Shown here piece by piece: positions 60,836-64,000 of a DNA stretch of 64,000 nucleotides (its first letter is position 1; each line of letters begins with the position of its first letter). The stretch is from Torpedo marmorata (lineage: Eukaryota). Below the pieces are notes generated by a model. The model worked only from the letters and a program-made list of their open reading frames with translations. It was not told where the DNA came from and made no database searches. A program made the position numbers and the translations under genes. Where the stretch lies: the NCBI GenBank assembly GCA_977017645.1, contig OZ360231.1, positions 50,344,001 through 50,408,000 on the forward strand, written 5' to 3'.

Positions 60836-60976
60836 CTGTAGTGTCAGTCTCTCTTATCTTAGCAGATTCCAGTTCTGGTATTGGATAGATCACATTAGGC
60901 ATGTCAGTAACTGGAAATTCATGGTCTGCCATTAAAGTGAACACATTATTAATGTCATAGGTTGGTACCTCATAGT
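60836..60976 (-). CDS. Repeat-exon gene, 141-nt exon (DYEVPTYDINNVFTLMADHEFPVTDMPNVIYPIPELESAKIRETDTT)
   Basis: cattcttatctcctcAG ... acag|GTattt; 141 nt, open. Confidence 0.85.
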
Positions 60977-61194
60977 CTGAGGAGATAAGAATGATATAAC
61001 ATTCTTAATCTCATATAAATACACAAATTCTCTTGATTACAACTGAATACTAAAGCAACATATCAAATGTGCGAAGATGAACTCATTCTTTGATTCTGAT
61101 TAAATGGAATGAAATGTAATCATCAATAATAGTTTTCAACCAATGAACTTTGCATAAAATAGTGTTAACTGAGCAATATTGTTAAACAACATGC

Positions 61195-61640
61195 TAAGTC
61201 ACTTCCGACATCTCAGAAAGTCAAGGCACCGATGTACCTTCTTCATGGTTGCCTCGATGTGCTGGCTCCAGGAGAGGTCCTCCAATATATGGACTCCCAG
61301 AAACTTGAAGGTACAAACCCTCTCCCCCTCTGTCCCATCAGTGCAGACAGCTGTGGTTCCTCCCCCTCCCCCTCCCCCCCCCTCCTTCCTCATATCCACA
61401 ATAAGATCCTTGGCCTTGTTGATACTGAGAGCAAGATTGTTGTTCTGGCTCCACCCAACCAGATTCTCCATCTCCATCCAATATTCTGACTCATCAGTTC
61501 CTTTTATTTGGCCTACAACGGTGGTGTTGAGCAAATTTACTGATTGCATTGGAGCCAAGCTTGGCTACGTAATCATGATTGTATAGGGAATACAGCAGGG
61601 AGTAAGCACGCAGCCTTGATGTGCCCCTGTGTTGATGGTC
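61195..61640 (-). mobile_element. Rex1/Babar LINE fragment
   Basis: TGAHQGCVL, TTVVGQI..NNLALSINKAKDLIVD..FKFLGVHILEDLSW. Confidence 0.8.
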
Positions 61641-61734
61641 AGCGCGGAGTAATTAATGAAGTATTATTTAAAAGTATTAACACAAAAGCAATTTGAAAAT
61701 GAACTCTCCAAGAAACAACAAAACATTCATTTAA

Positions 61735-62910
61735 CCAAGGTGTTTCAGAGCACCCATGTGGGATCTGCTCCCATGGCGAGGCTTTCCATTCCAGGACATC
61801 CAAGGTGTCCTCCTTCTCCAGTAAATGTGGCTTCCCCTCCATTGCTATCAATGTAGCCCTCACGCACATCTCCTCCATTTCCAGAACATCTGCCCTGCTC
61901 CATCCCCCACCCCCCCCCCCATTACAGGGAGAGGGTACCACATTTCCTCACCTACCACTCCAATAGCCACCATTATTCTCCACAATTTCTGTCATCCACA
62001 TCAGGATCTCAGCACTAGATACATCTTCCCCTCCCCTCCCCTTTCCACTTTCTGTAGGGATCACTCTCTCCAAGACTCCCTTGACTACTCTTCCTTTCCT
62101 ACTAATCATCAACCCCAACCTCGGCACCTATCCCTGTGACTGCACCAAGTGCTACACCTGCACCTACACCACCATTCAGGGCCTCAACACAGTCCTCCTA
62201 AGTGAGGCAACATTTCACCTGTGAATCTGTAGGGGTCATTTACTGCATCCGTTACTGTGAGGCCTCCTCTACATCGGGGACGCAGGACGCAGATTGGGGT
62301 TCATTTTGTTAAGCACCTTCGCTGTGTCGGCTGAAACAGCAAGTATCTCTCAGTTGCCAGCTTCTTCAATTCCACCTCCTCTTCCCACACTGACATGTCT
62401 GTCCATGGCCTTATGTATTGCCAGGTTGAGGCCATACGTAAATTGGATGAACAACACCTTATATTCCATCTTGGCAGTCTCCATCCAGACAGCATCAAAT
62501 AGACTTCCAATTTAAAGTAACCCCCTCTCCCCCATTTGCTCACTTTTGTTGTCTCTCTGACCCCATTCCTCCTTCTCTTTTCCTTTCCTGGTGCTCTCTA
62601 CTTGCCAATCACCCACACCTCCCTTCCTCCAGCTCCCCTCCTTTATCTTTCTTCCTCCGATTGGAGTGCATCTTTCTCAGCCATCTGACCCTTCCTCCTC
62701 TCACCTCTTAGCTTCTTTTCCCCCCCATTTCTTCCCTCTACCACCTCTATTCACCGATCACCTGCCAGCCCGTACTCCTCCCCTCCCTCCACCTTTTTAT
62801 TCAGGTTTCTGTCCATTTCTTGCTATTCCTGATGAAGATTTTCATCCTGAAACATTGACTATCTATTGTGTTCCATGGATGCTGCTTGTTCCTCCAGTAT
62901 TTTGTGTGTT
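61735..62910 (+). mobile_element. Degraded Penelope-like element (RT thumb to GIY-YIG and 3' repeat)
   Basis: gggatctgctcc..ttccattccaggacatcc, HIFPSPPLS.F.RD.SL.DSL-like segment, FTCES.GVIYCI, LYIG, EQHLIFHLGSLHPD; pyrimidine-rich tail. Confidence 0.8.
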
Positions 62911-64000
62911 GATCTATGTGACCTAACGATCCACATAAATCTGAACATGCATTTTTAACTATGTCCATTCCTGAGTTTACACCAGGAATGTACCTCCTGT
63001 ATTACTTTCAAATATTGTGATCATACTGGACACATTGAGTCCCTAAGTCTCCACATTATGAGAAGAAAGCCATATAAAATTTCTAAATTCTTGCGCAAAT
63101 AATCCCTATTATGTTTTTATGAACATAAATGTATTGTTGGGCATCATTGGTCTTAGTCTTTCACCATTAGAACATTCAATACATTTAGATGTACCCATGA
63201 ATTGTTTGCCTATTACAATATTAAATCATACACATTATATGTCACTAAATTAAATTATTCAAATGATTCTTGCAGCAACATTGCTTATTAAGACTCACGA
63301 AACTTCACAAAAAAACCTTGAAGAGTAACAACAATTTATAGCTAAACAGCCAGTTGATGAAATATTGACCAACAAAACTAAGCACATTTACTTGCAGTTG
63401 ATTGCTCAAGTATTACCCAACATTTCCACTAAAATGTAGCAGTTCTGACTGGAACTACGGAACCATTAATCTCAGAAATTTCAGGCCCACTGTGCAGTGT
63501 TAGGAATGTGGAAATCCTTATCTTAAGAGCTACAGAGTCAAAGAGAGATACAGCAAGAAAACAAGGCCCTTCTTCCCACCAGGTCCACTCCAACTGTTAT
63601 CCATCCTTTTACGTTAATCCCATATTAGTCCCATTGTTATTCGTCCCACATACCTATCATCTTGCCCCAGATTATACCACTCAACTACACACATGGCCAG
63701 TTAATCAAGCTGTGGGACGTGCTGGGAAACTGACACAGCAATCACGTGTTCATAGGGAGAACATGCAAACTCCGGACAGACATCATGTAAGATCATGACT
63801 GAATCCAGGATCTGTGAAACAGCAGCTCTACTAGCTGAACTCGCCACATATCTTCGACAACAATGATCATTACTGTAATCTAGATTGTGCTCCATCGTTC
63901 TGGAATGAAGTGGTGAAACCCAAAATTCCGCAGTTTCTCAGATGTTAAACTGAGAAAATTAAACCTGATGAATTTACACCAAATTAGACCAGTTGATGGA

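Noticed and set aside
9052-60976. Assigning the repeat gene to titin PEVK, CD44, CD45 or a named mucin
   Set aside because: Only the exon architecture is analogous; the sequence matches none of them as far as I can recognise and no flanking domain exons are visible.

Overview
Repeat-rich vertebrate genomic DNA, most likely from a cartilaginous fish; this is inferred from the mix of CR1, Rex1/Babar, L1/Tx1, Penelope, Tc1, BEL/Pao and tRNA-derived CR1-tailed SINE copies. Nearly all long ORFs in the track are transposon remnants. Two things stand out. (1) A minus-strand gene that the ORF track does not show, built from tandemly duplicated symmetric phase 1-1 exons. I count 20 intact copies of 81-144 nt, all AG/GT-flanked, multiples of 3 and stop-free, about 800 aa in total. 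They encode a T/P/S/D/E-rich repeat (consensus about DHELPxSDTPNVFxLIP-DHELPxTDTPNVINPIPEPExAKIRDTEVT) and are interleaved with about 11 decayed copies; the 5' end lies beyond the window. (2) A young BEL/Pao LTR retrotransposon (23666-29621; 631-bp LTRs about 99% identical; ACGTT TSD). Its single intact ORF encodes SAP-Gag-protease, but RT/RNaseH/integrase are replaced by a coiled-coil region closely resembling host MIPOL1 (comparison made from memory). Also present: a related solo LTR, a composite hAT MITE and a Tc1>CR1>L1 nest. Boundaries of degraded repeats are approximate.
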